Under the pieces are notes generated by a model. It was not told the DNA's origin, ran no database searches, and worked only from the letters and a program-made list of their open reading frames with translations. Below, piece after piece: positions 48,776 through 58,375 of a stretch of DNA of 64,000 nt. The translations under genes were made by a program, and so were the position numbers. The DNA is taken from IMG/VR virus record IMGVR_UViG_3300044972_000796; one strand, 5' to 3'. Position 1 is the stretch's first letter; the number at the start of each line of letters is the position of its first letter. The stretch is from an uncultured virus (IMG/VR IMGVR_UViG_3300044972_000796). Taxonomy: Duplodnaviria > Heunggongvirae > Uroviricota > Caudoviricetes.

Positions 48776-49496
48776 AAAATTTATAAGTCTTGCTAGTAAT
48801 CCTGGAAAAACAGGACAATATTTTTACACCTCATTTTTTAATTACTACAATATAGATGCCACATACACTCCCTACAAAACGTCCAATTTAAAACAAAGCG
48901 TATCAGATGCCATAGATGACGGAATAGATGGAATTAGTATTACAATGCCATTTAAAAACTCTGTTATTTCGTTACTCGATAGCATAGACAAGTCGGTTGA
49001 TCTTTATCAGTCTTGCAATACTATAAAAATAGTTAATGGAAAGTTATATGGATATAATTGCGATATCGAAGGTGTAAAACATGTGTCCGAACAGATTTAT
49101 TCAAATGACCGAATTAGTATATTAGGCGCCGGTGCTATAGGCTCAACATTTGCCGAATACTTAAAGTTGTATAATTGTCAAGTTTTTTCTCGACGTGCAA
49201 ATTGGCTTGGTCGTGTAGCCGAAACTGATGTGTTGATAAACTGCACACCTTGCGGAACAACTGCACAAGATAACTTATTTGAGTTTTTACCACTGGGAAC
49301 TCGCTTAGTAATAGATATGTCTATGGTAACAAAAAATTACCTAGCAGAGCAATGCAGAATAAGTAATATACAATATGTTTCTGGTAGAGAATTTTATAAA
49401 CAACAGTTCTTAAAACAATTCGAAATTTACACCGGAATCATTCCTCAACCGGATATTTATGACCGATTCTCAGAAAAATTCTATCAATCAATTTAA
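48765..49496 (+). CDS. shikimate dehydrogenase-like protein
   Basis: SITMPFK, CNTI, GYNCD, LGAGAIG, INCTP. Confidence 0.8.
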   Translation: MHNKKFISLASNPGKTGQYFYTSFFNYYNIDATYTPYKTSNLKQSVSDAIDDGIDGISITMPFKNSVISLLDSIDKSVDLYQSCNTIKIVNGKLYGYNCDIEGVKHVSEQIYSNDRISILGAGAIGSTFAEYLKLYNCQVFSRRANWLGRVAETDVLINCTPCGTTAQDNLFEFLPLGTRLVIDMSMVTKNYLAEQCRISNIQYVSGREFYKQQFLKQFEIYTGIIPQPDIYDRFSEKFYQSI

Positions 49497-50481
49497 ATTA
49501 GGTTTTGGCCCCATGAGCCGAGACATAACTGAAATACTAGCAAAATATACTATGGAGTATAATTACCCTCTAATGATTATTGCTAGTAGAAATCAAGTAG
49601 ATTATAATTCAGGCTATGTATGTACTAGCAAAGAATTAACCAACTTGGTACATCAATATAATAATCCGAATTTATTAATTTGTAGAGATCACTGTGGTCC
49701 TTATTTTGGAGATAAAGATGTTGTGTTATCCATAGACGAATGCATTGCTATGTGTAAGGAAACAGTCAAAAACGATATCAACTGCGGGTTTGACTTGATT
49801 CACATAGATGTGTCTAGAATAAAATCCAATCATCTCACTCACGGTAAAGAATTAATAGAATATGCCATCTCTCTGAATCCCGATATAATGTTAGAATTTG
49901 GCAGTGAGGATAATACTGGCATAGACGTGTCCAGTAGTATAGGACGTATTGAAGAACAATTAGCATTTTTACAACAGTATAAGAAAAATATAAAATTTTT
50001 TGTTACGCAGACCGGCAGTTTAACCAAATGTGGCCAAGAGGGAAACTTTAATCTAGTTGATAATACCCATGTTGCTAAACAGATTCATGATGCTGGATTT
50101 TTATTCAAAGAGCATAATGCTGATTATTTTAACAAAAATGATTTGCTTAATAGACGAGCCGCAGGAATAGATAGTCTAAATATTGCACCTCAATTGGGTA
50201 CTATACAAACCGCAATTCTAAAACAATTTTCTCCTGTGCATTTATGGGACAAATTTTCAGACGTTGTGTATTCTGCAAACAAATGGCAAAGATGGGTAAC
50301 AGATCCAAAGCATGCCACTAAACATCAAGCAGTTGATGTATCAGGACATTATTGTTTTAACAGCAATGAATATAAAGAAATTATTGATAGTATCGATGAT
50401 CAAGAGTTTAAAAATACACTAACTAAACGCATAACTTCTTTACTAGATGACTATAGGGTGTTTGACCATGGAAAAATATAA
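49459..50481 (+). CDS. tagatose-bisphosphate aldolase/epimerase (GatZ/KbaZ)-like TIM barrel
   Basis: ASRNQVD..GY, RDHCGP, IHID, KEHNADY, NIAPQ. Confidence 0.7.
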   Translation: MTDSQKNSINQFKLGFGPMSRDITEILAKYTMEYNYPLMIIASRNQVDYNSGYVCTSKELTNLVHQYNNPNLLICRDHCGPYFGDKDVVLSIDECIAMCKETVKNDINCGFDLIHIDVSRIKSNHLTHGKELIEYAISLNPDIMLEFGSEDNTGIDVSSSIGRIEEQLAFLQQYKKNIKFFVTQTGSLTKCGQEGNFNLVDNTHVAKQIHDAGFLFKEHNADYFNKNDLLNRRAAGIDSLNIAPQLGTIQTAILKQFSPVHLWDKFSDVVYSANKWQRWVTDPKHATKHQAVDVSGHYCFNSNEYKEIIDSIDDQEFKNTLTKRITSLLDDYRVFDHGKI

Positions 50482-51310
50482 TAATATTGCTGTTTTTATT
50501 CGAGGCCATAAGAGAATGTGGGATTATACCAAGAAGAATTTATTTGAATCATATGATCAAATTTCGGAAAATGTAGACTACTATGTTGCTTTATGGGATA
50601 CTGCTGAATTAGATCTGGATAAAATTAAATCGGACTTTGTAGGAAAAAATCTCGTTGCATGTATCACACCTCCATTGTATGAATCGTTTAGTGGACCTTG
50701 GAAATCTCAAGGATGGTTACCATTCAATCTATTAGCATATAAGAAGATAAGAGAAGAATCAGTAACATACGATGCAGTATTTGATCAAAGAACTGACACT
50801 ATCATAACCGAATATTATGCCTGTGAAAAATTTATATTAGAGCCAATGAATCTATACAGTCAGTGGGCCATTTCATCCACAGATGAAGTAACTGTCATCG
50901 GTGGATTAACAACTATTCATCCATTTCCGCTAAAAACAATAAAAGACTTCGGTTTTATGTGCGACAGCAAAACTTTCGATATACTAACATATCGATTTGC
51001 ATTTTTTGAAGACTCGACTGTGCCGGTTGAAAATTTACTATATAATTATTGTATCAAAAATAAAATATCAATTACGCATAAACATCCATTTTGTTCTTCG
51101 ATTGTGCGGCCAACACTGTGTAGAAATCTCAACGTAAATCATCCTATTGGAAGTATAATTAATGTGAGGACATCTAACGGTGATTATGGAGCGTCTTTAT
51201 CACCATACCGTGGCGACTATGACGAGTGGGAGTACTTGTCGTCAACTGATAAAATAGAATTATGCCAGCAATACAATATTGATTTTGAAGATTACATGGA
51301 TAAAATATGA
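50468..51310 (+). CDS. hypothetical protein (GT-like)
   Basis: IAVFIRGHKR, YDAVFDQRTD; paralog of next gene. Confidence 0.65.
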   Translation: MEKYNNIAVFIRGHKRMWDYTKKNLFESYDQISENVDYYVALWDTAELDLDKIKSDFVGKNLVACITPPLYESFSGPWKSQGWLPFNLLAYKKIREESVTYDAVFDQRTDTIITEYYACEKFILEPMNLYSQWAISSTDEVTVIGGLTTIHPFPLKTIKDFGFMCDSKTFDILTYRFAFFEDSTVPVENLLYNYCIKNKISITHKHPFCSSIVRPTLCRNLNVNHPIGSIINVRTSNGDYGASLSPYRGDYDEWEYLSSTDKIELCQQYNIDFEDYMDKI

Positions 51311-52131
51311 ACAAATACAATCACATTGCAGTATGTATTAGAGGACAGAAACGCACTTGGGATAGTTGCAAATTAAATCAATTTTATTATTATAATCAAA
51401 TTGCACATAATGTAGATTATTACTTTGCAACATGGGACGATTCTGAAATCAACAGTTCTCAAATTAAGCAAGACTTTAACGGTAAAAACTTAATTGAATT
51501 TATTGAAGTCCCTTTGCATTCTCATTATAACACACATTGGTCAGCACCTGCGTGGCTTTCATACAACATAGTTCCATTTAAAAAAGTAAGAGAGCGATCA
51601 GTAAAGTATGATGCAGTGTTTGATCAACGAACAGACTGTATAATATGGACTGCTTGGGAACCATTTATCCTCGATGAAATGACCATGTATACTCCGGAAA
51701 TGCCGTTTAACAATGGTCCGGAACGCATAGCATTAGGCTTTGGAGAAAGTGGAGTAACTGATTATGGTTGTATGGTTAGTAGTGAGACTTATGATTTATT
51801 AGCATATCGATTTACCGAGGCCGACACAGGATTAGCACCTCCCGAATCGATGTTGGAAGACTATTGTCGACGAAACAACATTGAGATGCCAGGTATGAGT
51901 GTTATGGATTACATGCCAATTAGGCCTGATATATGCAGAGATTTTAAAGACCCTATTATCGAAGTAACTCCTGATACCGTGACTCGATTAAATGAAAGTC
52001 ATACTATTTGGAAAAACATCCCACTAGAAGAAAAATTGCAAATTTTTAAAAATCACAATCTAGTTGTAAGTGATTTTATAGATCGAAAATTTGGTCTGCG
52101 CAATATACATGACAAATCTAATAATTATTAG
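51307..52131 (+). CDS. hypothetical protein (GT-like)
   Basis: IAVCIRGQKR, YDAVFDQRTD. Confidence 0.65.
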   Translation: MNKYNHIAVCIRGQKRTWDSCKLNQFYYYNQIAHNVDYYFATWDDSEINSSQIKQDFNGKNLIEFIEVPLHSHYNTHWSAPAWLSYNIVPFKKVRERSVKYDAVFDQRTDCIIWTAWEPFILDEMTMYTPEMPFNNGPERIALGFGESGVTDYGCMVSSETYDLLAYRFTEADTGLAPPESMLEDYCRRNNIEMPGMSVMDYMPIRPDICRDFKDPIIEVTPDTVTRLNESHTIWKNIPLEEKLQIFKNHNLVVSDFIDRKFGLRNIHDKSNNY

Positions 52132-52549
52132 ATTTCCATTTTTTTAGTAACCAGCTACTGCTGTTAGATTTATTACCGCCTACGCCAAATATAAATTCTA
52201 TATTACTATCGTTGACATCCATTTCTGGAATATTAGTAGCTGTCCGATCTCCACCGTTGGCAAAGATAATTGTTGCGTTAGGATACATTTTCCTAACACC
52301 GGTGATAGTGTTTTTGCTAGTACCGTCTGCGTCAGGGTAGCAAACAACTTTGTCTACAACTTTTAAAGCCTCCACAATTCGACAACGTTCATATTCATCC
52401 ATGAAGGGTTTGCCTTTCTTGCGTTCTAACCACTCATCTGAATTCAAGCCAACAACAAGGATGTCGCCCAATTTCTTAGCAGCTTCAAAATATTCAATAT
52501 GTCCTGAATGCAATGGGTCAAATCCGCCGGTTACTAGAACTATCTTCAT
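52118..52549 (-). CDS. cytidylyltransferase family protein
   Basis: TGGFDPLHSGH (HIGH-like), GLNSD, NGGDR, KSNSSS. Confidence 0.9.
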   Translation of the reverse strand: MKIVLVTGGFDPLHSGHIEYFEAAKKLGDILVVGLNSDEWLERKKGKPFMDEYERCRIVEALKVVDKVVCYPDADGTSKNTITGVRKMYPNATIIFANGGDRTATNIPEMDVNDSNIEFIFGVGGNKSNSSSWLLKKWKSNNY

Positions 52550-53460
52550 TGTTTTTTATCTTTCCAAAGTTGTATGACACGGTCTAGTCCAGTATCTAGA
52601 TCAACAGTGGGTTTCCAACCTAATAAGCGTTCTGCTTTTGCGGCTGTGGAATTCAACACATAAATTTCACCGTCACGTTTAGGTTTTCTATTCCAGTTAA
52701 CTGTACCCTTCCAGTTCATCTTACCAGCTATTTTTTCAACTAAGTTTTCAATGGTAAGTGCGTTGTCTGGGCCCACACAGAACATCTCGCCATTAGCTTG
52801 TTTTGGTTGTTGTAACACAGTTGCATACAATTCGATTAAGTCGTCAATCCACAAGAAGTTTCTGTATGGTTTGCCGTAACCTAGATTGATTTCATTAGGG
52901 TTAGCTAACATCTGCGTGATGATTTGCTCTACTACAAAAAAGTCGTTGTCGTGCCTGCCGTAGGTATTGGTTTGTCTAAATGCACAGAATGGAAAATCAA
53001 ACGACCGATGTGCATATTCTAAATAAAGTTCACAGCCAACTTTGGCCACCGCATAAGGTGCATTGGGATACTGTTTGGTTGTCTCATCAAATACCGGCAA
53101 TGTAAATGGCTCACCATCGCGAATCAAATCGCTTTCAGGTTGCCAGCCATACGTTTCCATGGTACTGCTAAACACAAACAGTTTGAGATTTTTCAAATGC
53201 CTAGCTGATTCGATCATGTTCACAGTGCCGACATAGTTGATTTGGCTAAAAGCTGTTTGCTCATAAAAGCTCTTTTCAACTTCGGTACGTGCGGCCAAAT
53301 GGATGATGAACTCTGGATCAACTTCAGCTAATCGGTTGTCAATTGCTTCTTTGTCCAATAAGTCACAAGCCAAATCAAAAATTTGATATTCTTTTGCCAA
53401 ACGATTTTGGAGATATCCACCAATAAAACCCGATAATCCTGTTATGAGAACCTTCTTCAT
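52546..53460 (-). CDS. NAD-dependent epimerase/dehydratase
   Basis: ITGLSGFIG, HLAA, YAVAK. Confidence 0.9.
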   Translation of the reverse strand: MKKVLITGLSGFIGGYLQNRLAKEYQIFDLACDLLDKEAIDNRLAEVDPEFIIHLAARTEVEKSFYEQTAFSQINYVGTVNMIESARHLKNLKLFVFSSTMETYGWQPESDLIRDGEPFTLPVFDETTKQYPNAPYAVAKVGCELYLEYAHRSFDFPFCAFRQTNTYGRHDNDFFVVEQIITQMLANPNEINLGYGKPYRNFLWIDDLIELYATVLQQPKQANGEMFCVGPDNALTIENLVEKIAGKMNWKGTVNWNRKPKRDGEIYVLNSTAAKAERLLGWKPTVDLDTGLDRVIQLWKDKKQ

Positions 53461-53516
53461 TCTATTCCTTACATTATAATAGTATTTAACTGTTGTCTTT
53501 TACTCATCAAAAATAT

Positions 53517-53545
53517 TTGACTTAGATGTAAATAGGTGCTATAAT
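53517..53545 (+). promoter_or_regulatory. sigma70 promoter with nested TAAATA box
   Basis: TTGACT-17-TATAAT. Confidence 0.8.
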
Positions 53546-53575
53546 ACATACATTGTTAAACAAACAGGAGCAGAT

Positions 53576-54787
53576 ATGGCTACAGTAGCAGGCATTAAAA
53601 TTAAACCCAAGGCGAAAAAAGAATCCAACCGCATTACCGGCGTGAGTATTCGGCAGAATGCCAAGAAAGATCACAGCCCTGTTTGGACTGATGTAGACAC
53701 TATGAGTACGGATAGATTCATGCGACACTGGCATAATGCTATGGAATACTACCGCATGGAGTTTAGCGGTAAGGATCTAAAACCTGCTGTACTCAAATGG
53801 ATGGCCGGTAACGGTTGCACCAAAGAAGATATTGCGGCTTTCAAAAGAACTAAAGATACACGTTGCAACATTACAATGGGCTCGATTGCAAGTTGCTTGC
53901 TTCGAGGAATGCCTGCTGTTCGAGCAGACTTTAACGAAGGCAGAAGTTCTGCACTTTGGTTGACCAAGGCTATCTCGCAAGTAATCGGTGAGGGCACACA
54001 TGACATCGATGACGAAGCCGTTGCGGAAGTTAAATCTGCTGTTCCTATGATTACTATTCAGGAACGAGTACGTGACGCCGCATATGCAATGACAGAAGAG
54101 TTGGAAGATGCTATTGAGGGTTTTCAAACCGATCCAGAAAACTTTGATCCAAAAGCATTTAAAATTCTTAATTTGCTAAAAGGCAAAGAAGTTAAGGCCG
54201 CACATGCACGTATCATTAAAAACTTGTATGCACGAGACTTAGCAGAACTTGAAGAACTTGCTAGCGGCAAGGGCGATGAGCAGTTGAAAGAAGGCTACAG
54301 CCATCGTAGCAAAAAACAAGTTAAGAACTTGATTGCATTCTATCAAGAGATTGCCAGTGCGTGTGATATGCTGGCACAAGAGGCCAAAGTTAATCGTGCT
54401 CCCCGTGCTAAGAAATCAGTACCAGCTGAGAAGTTGATTGCTAAACTAAAGTTTATGAAGAGTAATGAGCCACTAAAACTAGTGTCTATTAATCCTACCG
54501 ACATTATTGGTGCTGGAGAACTGTGGACTTATAACACTAAGTCCCGCAAATTGGGCAAGTATGTTGCCGCAGAGTTTAATACGTTGGGTGTCAAAGGCAC
54601 TACAATCACAGGGTTCGATGAGTTTAAGAGTATTCAAAAGACACTTCGCAAGCCTGAAGAAAAACTCAAAGAATTCAAGGCAGCAGGTAAGATTGCACTG
54701 AGAAAGTTTCTAGATGACATCAATGCTACTGACACCAAGATGAACGGCCGCATTAATGAAGAGATTATTTTACTTAAAGTAGCATAA
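53576..54787 (+). CDS. conserved phage hypothetical protein
   Basis: AGGAG RBS; C-terminal YNTKSRKL...KTLRKP...NGRINE. Confidence 0.8.
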   Translation: MATVAGIKIKPKAKKESNRITGVSIRQNAKKDHSPVWTDVDTMSTDRFMRHWHNAMEYYRMEFSGKDLKPAVLKWMAGNGCTKEDIAAFKRTKDTRCNITMGSIASCLLRGMPAVRADFNEGRSSALWLTKAISQVIGEGTHDIDDEAVAEVKSAVPMITIQERVRDAAYAMTEELEDAIEGFQTDPENFDPKAFKILNLLKGKEVKAAHARIIKNLYARDLAELEELASGKGDEQLKEGYSHRSKKQVKNLIAFYQEIASACDMLAQEAKVNRAPRAKKSVPAEKLIAKLKFMKSNEPLKLVSINPTDIIGAGELWTYNTKSRKLGKYVAAEFNTLGVKGTTITGFDEFKSIQKTLRKPEEKLKEFKAAGKIALRKFLDDINATDTKMNGRINEEIILLKVA

Positions 54788-54856
54788 AATCAAGCCCATG
54801 TTAGGGCTAGCATAGTGAAGTCTCTGTGATAAATATCATATAAAGAGACTTTCACT

Positions 54857-56092
54857 ATGACACTACCTGCAAATCAACAATTTACTACACGTTCTGATAG
54901 ATTATGGGCAGATAATAACCTAGATCTAACAGCTAATCGTGCTTACAAAATTGACAACATACCCGTATTATCATACGGAGAGTTAGGAATCACTGTAACT
55001 AAGAGTAATCTTAGACAAATCGGAACACTTAATACATTAGAAGTAACTGGTAATGCTCTCATAGGAGAATTTGCATATTTTAACAGTACTGTTAATAGAT
55101 TAGGGTTAGGCACAGATGAACCTAATGCCAGTATTAGTATTCTAGATAATAACGTAGAAATTGCTATTGGCAGTCCTGCATATGGCCTGGCCAATATTGG
55201 TACATATTCCAATTCTGATCTTGCAATTACTACAGATAATATTGCACGTATCACTGTAAAAAATAACGGCGAAGTTATTATTGGCGATGCTGTGGGCAAG
55301 AACGGTGTGCTACGAGTTCATGGATCAATATACGTGGATAATTTTGTATCTGATACAAGAGTTGATCGCAGTAGTTCATTGGAATTTAAGGCCAGCAAAG
55401 AAGGCACAGTATACGGTTTGGGATTCACATGGTCGAGTGCGGATTTTACACGTCAGATGATAATGAAGTCAGGACCCGACAGACTTTGGGCAAATGTGTC
55501 TTTTGATCTTGCTGAAAATCATTCATATTTTTTAAATGGTAAACCCGTATTGACTGAAACTGGATTGGGCAGTTCAGTGGTTACAAGTAACTTAGTCCAA
55601 GTTGGCTCATTACAATCACTGAATGTTGCAGGTAACACAACACTTCAAGGTGATTTAATTGCTGGTGATACTGTTGTTAGGTCTTTGGGACTTAACAACG
55701 GTGTTAATTCTATATCAGTAGACGTACACGGTGTTAATTCTAACAAGTCATTTAGAGCATCTGTAAAACAAGCTGATGTGTTATACGGTGATGATAACGA
55801 AATTGTGCTTGGCAATAGTTCACAATCACGTAGACCAGTTAAAGTATTTGGACAATTGTCAGTAGGCATTAACAATCCAGATCCAAGTGTTGGGTTAGCA
55901 GTGGCTGGTGACTTGTCATTCTCTGATAAAAAGTTTACCACTGGAGATTCTGCACCAGCAGAAGGGCAATTTAACAAAGGCGATATTTGCTGGAACTCAA
56001 ATCCACAAGCAAGCAGTTATGTTGGCTGGATCTGCGTAGTTAGCGGAACTCCAGGACAATGGTTGCCATTCGGTGCAATTAATCGCCAATAA
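54857..56092 (+). CDS. virion structural/tail fibre-like protein
   Basis: Repeated S.L..VG.L..L.V units; C-terminal GDICWN...GWICV..GTPG.W..FG; TAAATA upstream. Confidence 0.7.
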   Translation: MTLPANQQFTTRSDRLWADNNLDLTANRAYKIDNIPVLSYGELGITVTKSNLRQIGTLNTLEVTGNALIGEFAYFNSTVNRLGLGTDEPNASISILDNNVEIAIGSPAYGLANIGTYSNSDLAITTDNIARITVKNNGEVIIGDAVGKNGVLRVHGSIYVDNFVSDTRVDRSSSLEFKASKEGTVYGLGFTWSSADFTRQMIMKSGPDRLWANVSFDLAENHSYFLNGKPVLTETGLGSSVVTSNLVQVGSLQSLNVAGNTTLQGDLIAGDTVVRSLGLNNGVNSISVDVHGVNSNKSFRASVKQADVLYGDDNEIVLGNSSQSRRPVKVFGQLSVGINNPDPSVGLAVAGDLSFSDKKFTTGDSAPAEGQFNKGDICWNSNPQASSYVGWICVVSGTPGQWLPFGAINRQ

Positions 56093-56094
56093 CA

Positions 56095-56123
56095 TTGACC
56101 TTATCTAAATAACCCTATATAAT
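56095..56123 (+). promoter_or_regulatory. sigma70 promoter with nested TAAATA box
   Basis: TTGACC-17-TATAAT. Confidence 0.75.
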
Positions 56124-56128
56124 TATTA

Positions 56129-56172
56129 AAGTGGACTTAGGCATTCATCCCACTTAAAATATTCTGCATGTC
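56129..56172 (+). promoter_or_regulatory. candidate pseudoknotted 5' UTR element upstream of queD
   Basis: AAGTGG/CCACTT stem; loop GGCAT can pair with downstream ATGTC; A-rich linker. Confidence 0.3.
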
Positions 56173-56195
56173 ATTGCTTATTCAAGGAGAATACA

Positions 56196-56702
56196 ATGGC
56201 AAATTTACAACCGGTAGTATACAAGTATCAAAGCACAAAAGAATATGTGGACGCATTTCCATGTGCTTACAGACAATGGCGTAGTGACAGCCACTGTAAT
56301 CTAATTCATGGCTATTCATTTAGCATGAAGTTCTATTTTGGAACAAACGACCTAGACGTTCGCAATTGGGCGGCTGACTACGGTGGACTCAAAGAACTCA
56401 AAAAGATCCTAGAAGACCAATTTGACCACACACTTATTGTAGCACAAGATGATCCACAAATGGAGATATACAAGATGTTACAGGAAAAGAAAATGGCCAA
56501 GGTTGTAATCTTGCCACGTTTAGGCTGTGAAGGACTTAGCGACATGCTGTACAAGTATGTAAATGGTGTTTACATTCCAGAGATGTGGGGTCCAGGCGAA
56601 GCGGCCCGACTGTGGTGCTATCGTGTAGAAGTACGTGAGACACAGGCTAATATGGCTTTTAGAGAAGGGCACCGTGAGTGGAATGAGGACTTACTTTCAT
56701 AA
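56196..56702 (+). CDS. queD: 6-pyruvoyl tetrahydropterin synthase / QueD family
   Basis: HCNLIHGY, DYGGLK, FDHT, EVRET. Confidence 0.85.
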   Translation: MANLQPVVYKYQSTKEYVDAFPCAYRQWRSDSHCNLIHGYSFSMKFYFGTNDLDVRNWAADYGGLKELKKILEDQFDHTLIVAQDDPQMEIYKMLQEKKMAKVVILPRLGCEGLSDMLYKYVNGVYIPEMWGPGEAARLWCYRVEVRETQANMAFREGHREWNEDLLS

Positions 56703-56853
56703 ATTTTGGCGGAGTTGGGCCAAAGCATTAGGTGAAAAAGCAGGTAGTTCAGACGCAGAAGCGGACCGAATTGCTTGCATTCGTACCGTAATTGTGTTAT
56801 CATATATACTTACAAACATTTTTATAATCGCAGGCGTCATAAGGCATTGGTAA
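56683..56853 (+). CDS. small membrane protein
   Basis: WAKALGEKA...AD..A.IRT plus a hydrophobic C-terminus. Confidence 0.6.
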   Translation: MRTYFHKFWRSWAKALGEKAGSSDAEADRIACIRTVIVLSYILTNIFIIAGVIRHW

Positions 56854-57881
56854 TGGGTAAAATAGGCTTCGCATGTAAATGGATCGATCATGCAGATCAA
56901 GTAAACGGCATCAAGAAAGATGACGATGCTAAACAATACAACACCGGTACAACTACCATAAGTTGGTTAAATAGACAGACTAAAGAAGTTGCAGAGCAAA
57001 AACTCTGGGACCTGATGGTCCAAAACTTAACGGCTACTAAGAAACTAGTAGACCGTGTGGGAGAACTAGATGAAAACCTTAGGATGGTTCGCCTTAGTAG
57101 CGACATTCTTCCTGCTTATACCGAGCCCAGTTGGAGTTATTTCTGGCAGCGGCCTGATGTTGTTAGCTATCTTGAACGCAATTTTAGCCTTATTGGTGAT
57201 AGTGCTCGTGCAAGCAATACCCGTCTTTCTATGCATCCTGGGCAGTTTGTTGTGCTGGCTAGTATTAACGAAGGCATCGTTGGGCGATCGATAGAGGAGT
57301 TTGAATATCATGCAGATATGGCACGTTACATGGGCTACGGTAAATCCTTTCAGGATTTTAAAATCAACGTCCACATCTCGGGTAAACAAGGTCCAGCCGG
57401 TATCCGAAGTGCGTACAAACGACTATCGCCAGAAGCAAGAAATTGTATTACTATCGAAAACGAAGAAAACTCATGGGGGCTAGATGACTGCTTGGATTTG
57501 GGTAATATCTTACCTATTGTTTTGGACGTACATCATCACTGGATTCGAGAAGGGGAATACCTTACCCCTGAGGACCCGCGTGTACTACGTGTTATTGAGT
57601 CTTGGCGTGGTGTTCGTCCCACTATGCATTATTCAGTTAGTCGCGAAGATTATCTAACAAATCATTGTGTAAACTCTTTGCCGAACCATGCGGCATTGTT
57701 AGAAGGTGGATATAAAAAGCAAAAACTGCGGGCGCACAGTGATTTTTATTGGAATAATGAAACAAATAAATGGGCAACAACTTTTCTAAACCAGTTCGAC
57801 ATAATGTGCGAAAGCAAGGGCAAAAACCTAGCCAGCATGGAACTGTACAATCAAGCCAAAAGCTATCTCGAGAACAATTAA
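56853..57881 (+). CDS. uvsE: UV damage endonuclease (UvsE/UVDE)
   Basis: GFAC, RLSSD, RLSMHPGQF, TIENEE, LDVHHH, HYS, AHSD, MCESK. Confidence 0.92.
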   Translation: MGKIGFACKWIDHADQVNGIKKDDDAKQYNTGTTTISWLNRQTKEVAEQKLWDLMVQNLTATKKLVDRVGELDENLRMVRLSSDILPAYTEPSWSYFWQRPDVVSYLERNFSLIGDSARASNTRLSMHPGQFVVLASINEGIVGRSIEEFEYHADMARYMGYGKSFQDFKINVHISGKQGPAGIRSAYKRLSPEARNCITIENEENSWGLDDCLDLGNILPIVLDVHHHWIREGEYLTPEDPRVLRVIESWRGVRPTMHYSVSREDYLTNHCVNSLPNHAALLEGGYKKQKLRAHSDFYWNNETNKWATTFLNQFDIMCESKGKNLASMELYNQAKSYLENN

Positions 57882-58018
57882 TATTTAGAATTGAAACTCA
57901 AAGAGAAAAGCTAGAAGAACTGGAATTACTTCCAGTCTCTGAATCTATCGAAAAGAAAAAAGAAAAGATACTGGGCGAATATACCCAGTATCTTGAACAA
58001 TTAAAAAGATTTGATTAA
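57770..58018 (+). CDS. hypothetical coiled-coil protein overlapping the uvsE 3' end
   Basis: Fills the 57882-58018 gap; start uncertain. Confidence 0.45.
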   Translation: MGNNFSKPVRHNVRKQGQKPSQHGTVQSSQKLSREQLIFRIETQREKLEELELLPVSESIEKKKEKILGEYTQYLEQLKRFD

Positions 58019-58330
58019 TTATGTTGCTTTTGGAACACGTGGCTTTTTAACAGCGGGTACTTTTATCGCAACAACTTTAGGAGGCTTTTCTGCTTTAGGT
58101 TTTGCAGGTGCTTTAGGTTTTGCAGGTGCTTTAGGTTTTGCAGGTGCTTTAGGTTTTGCTTCGGCGACTGGTGTAGCTACTATAGCTTCGATTCCAATTG
58201 GCATGGGAACTTCAACTTGGGGCGATACCATAGTTTCGACAATCGGTGTTAATTCTACTTTATATGGTGCTTCTACTGGTGCTGGTGTGGAAGATCCAAA
58301 ACCAAACAATGCTTTAATTTTATTCAACAT
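58019..58330 (-). CDS. Pro/Ala/Lys-rich low-complexity protein
   Basis: AAGGAG RBS, TATAAATA upstream, KPKAPA repeats. Confidence 0.75.
   Translation of the reverse strand: MLNKIKALFGFGSSTPAPVEAPYKVELTPIVETMVSPQVEVPMPIGIEAIVATPVAEAKPKAPAKPKAPAKPKAPAKPKAEKPPKVVAIKVPAVKKPRVPKAT
58091..58159. repeat. 18-bp tandem repeat, about 3.8 copies
   Basis: TGCTTTAGGTTTTGCAGG at 58091, 58109, 58127 and partial at 58145. Confidence 0.95.
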
Positions 58331-58375
58331 AATAATGTCTCCTTATAAGTTTATTTATATAAACTAAATATCACT

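Noticed and set aside
58011..58367. 118-aa plus-strand ORF with GFAGAL repeats
   Set aside because: Antisense of the KPKAPA gene, which has the RBS and late promoter.
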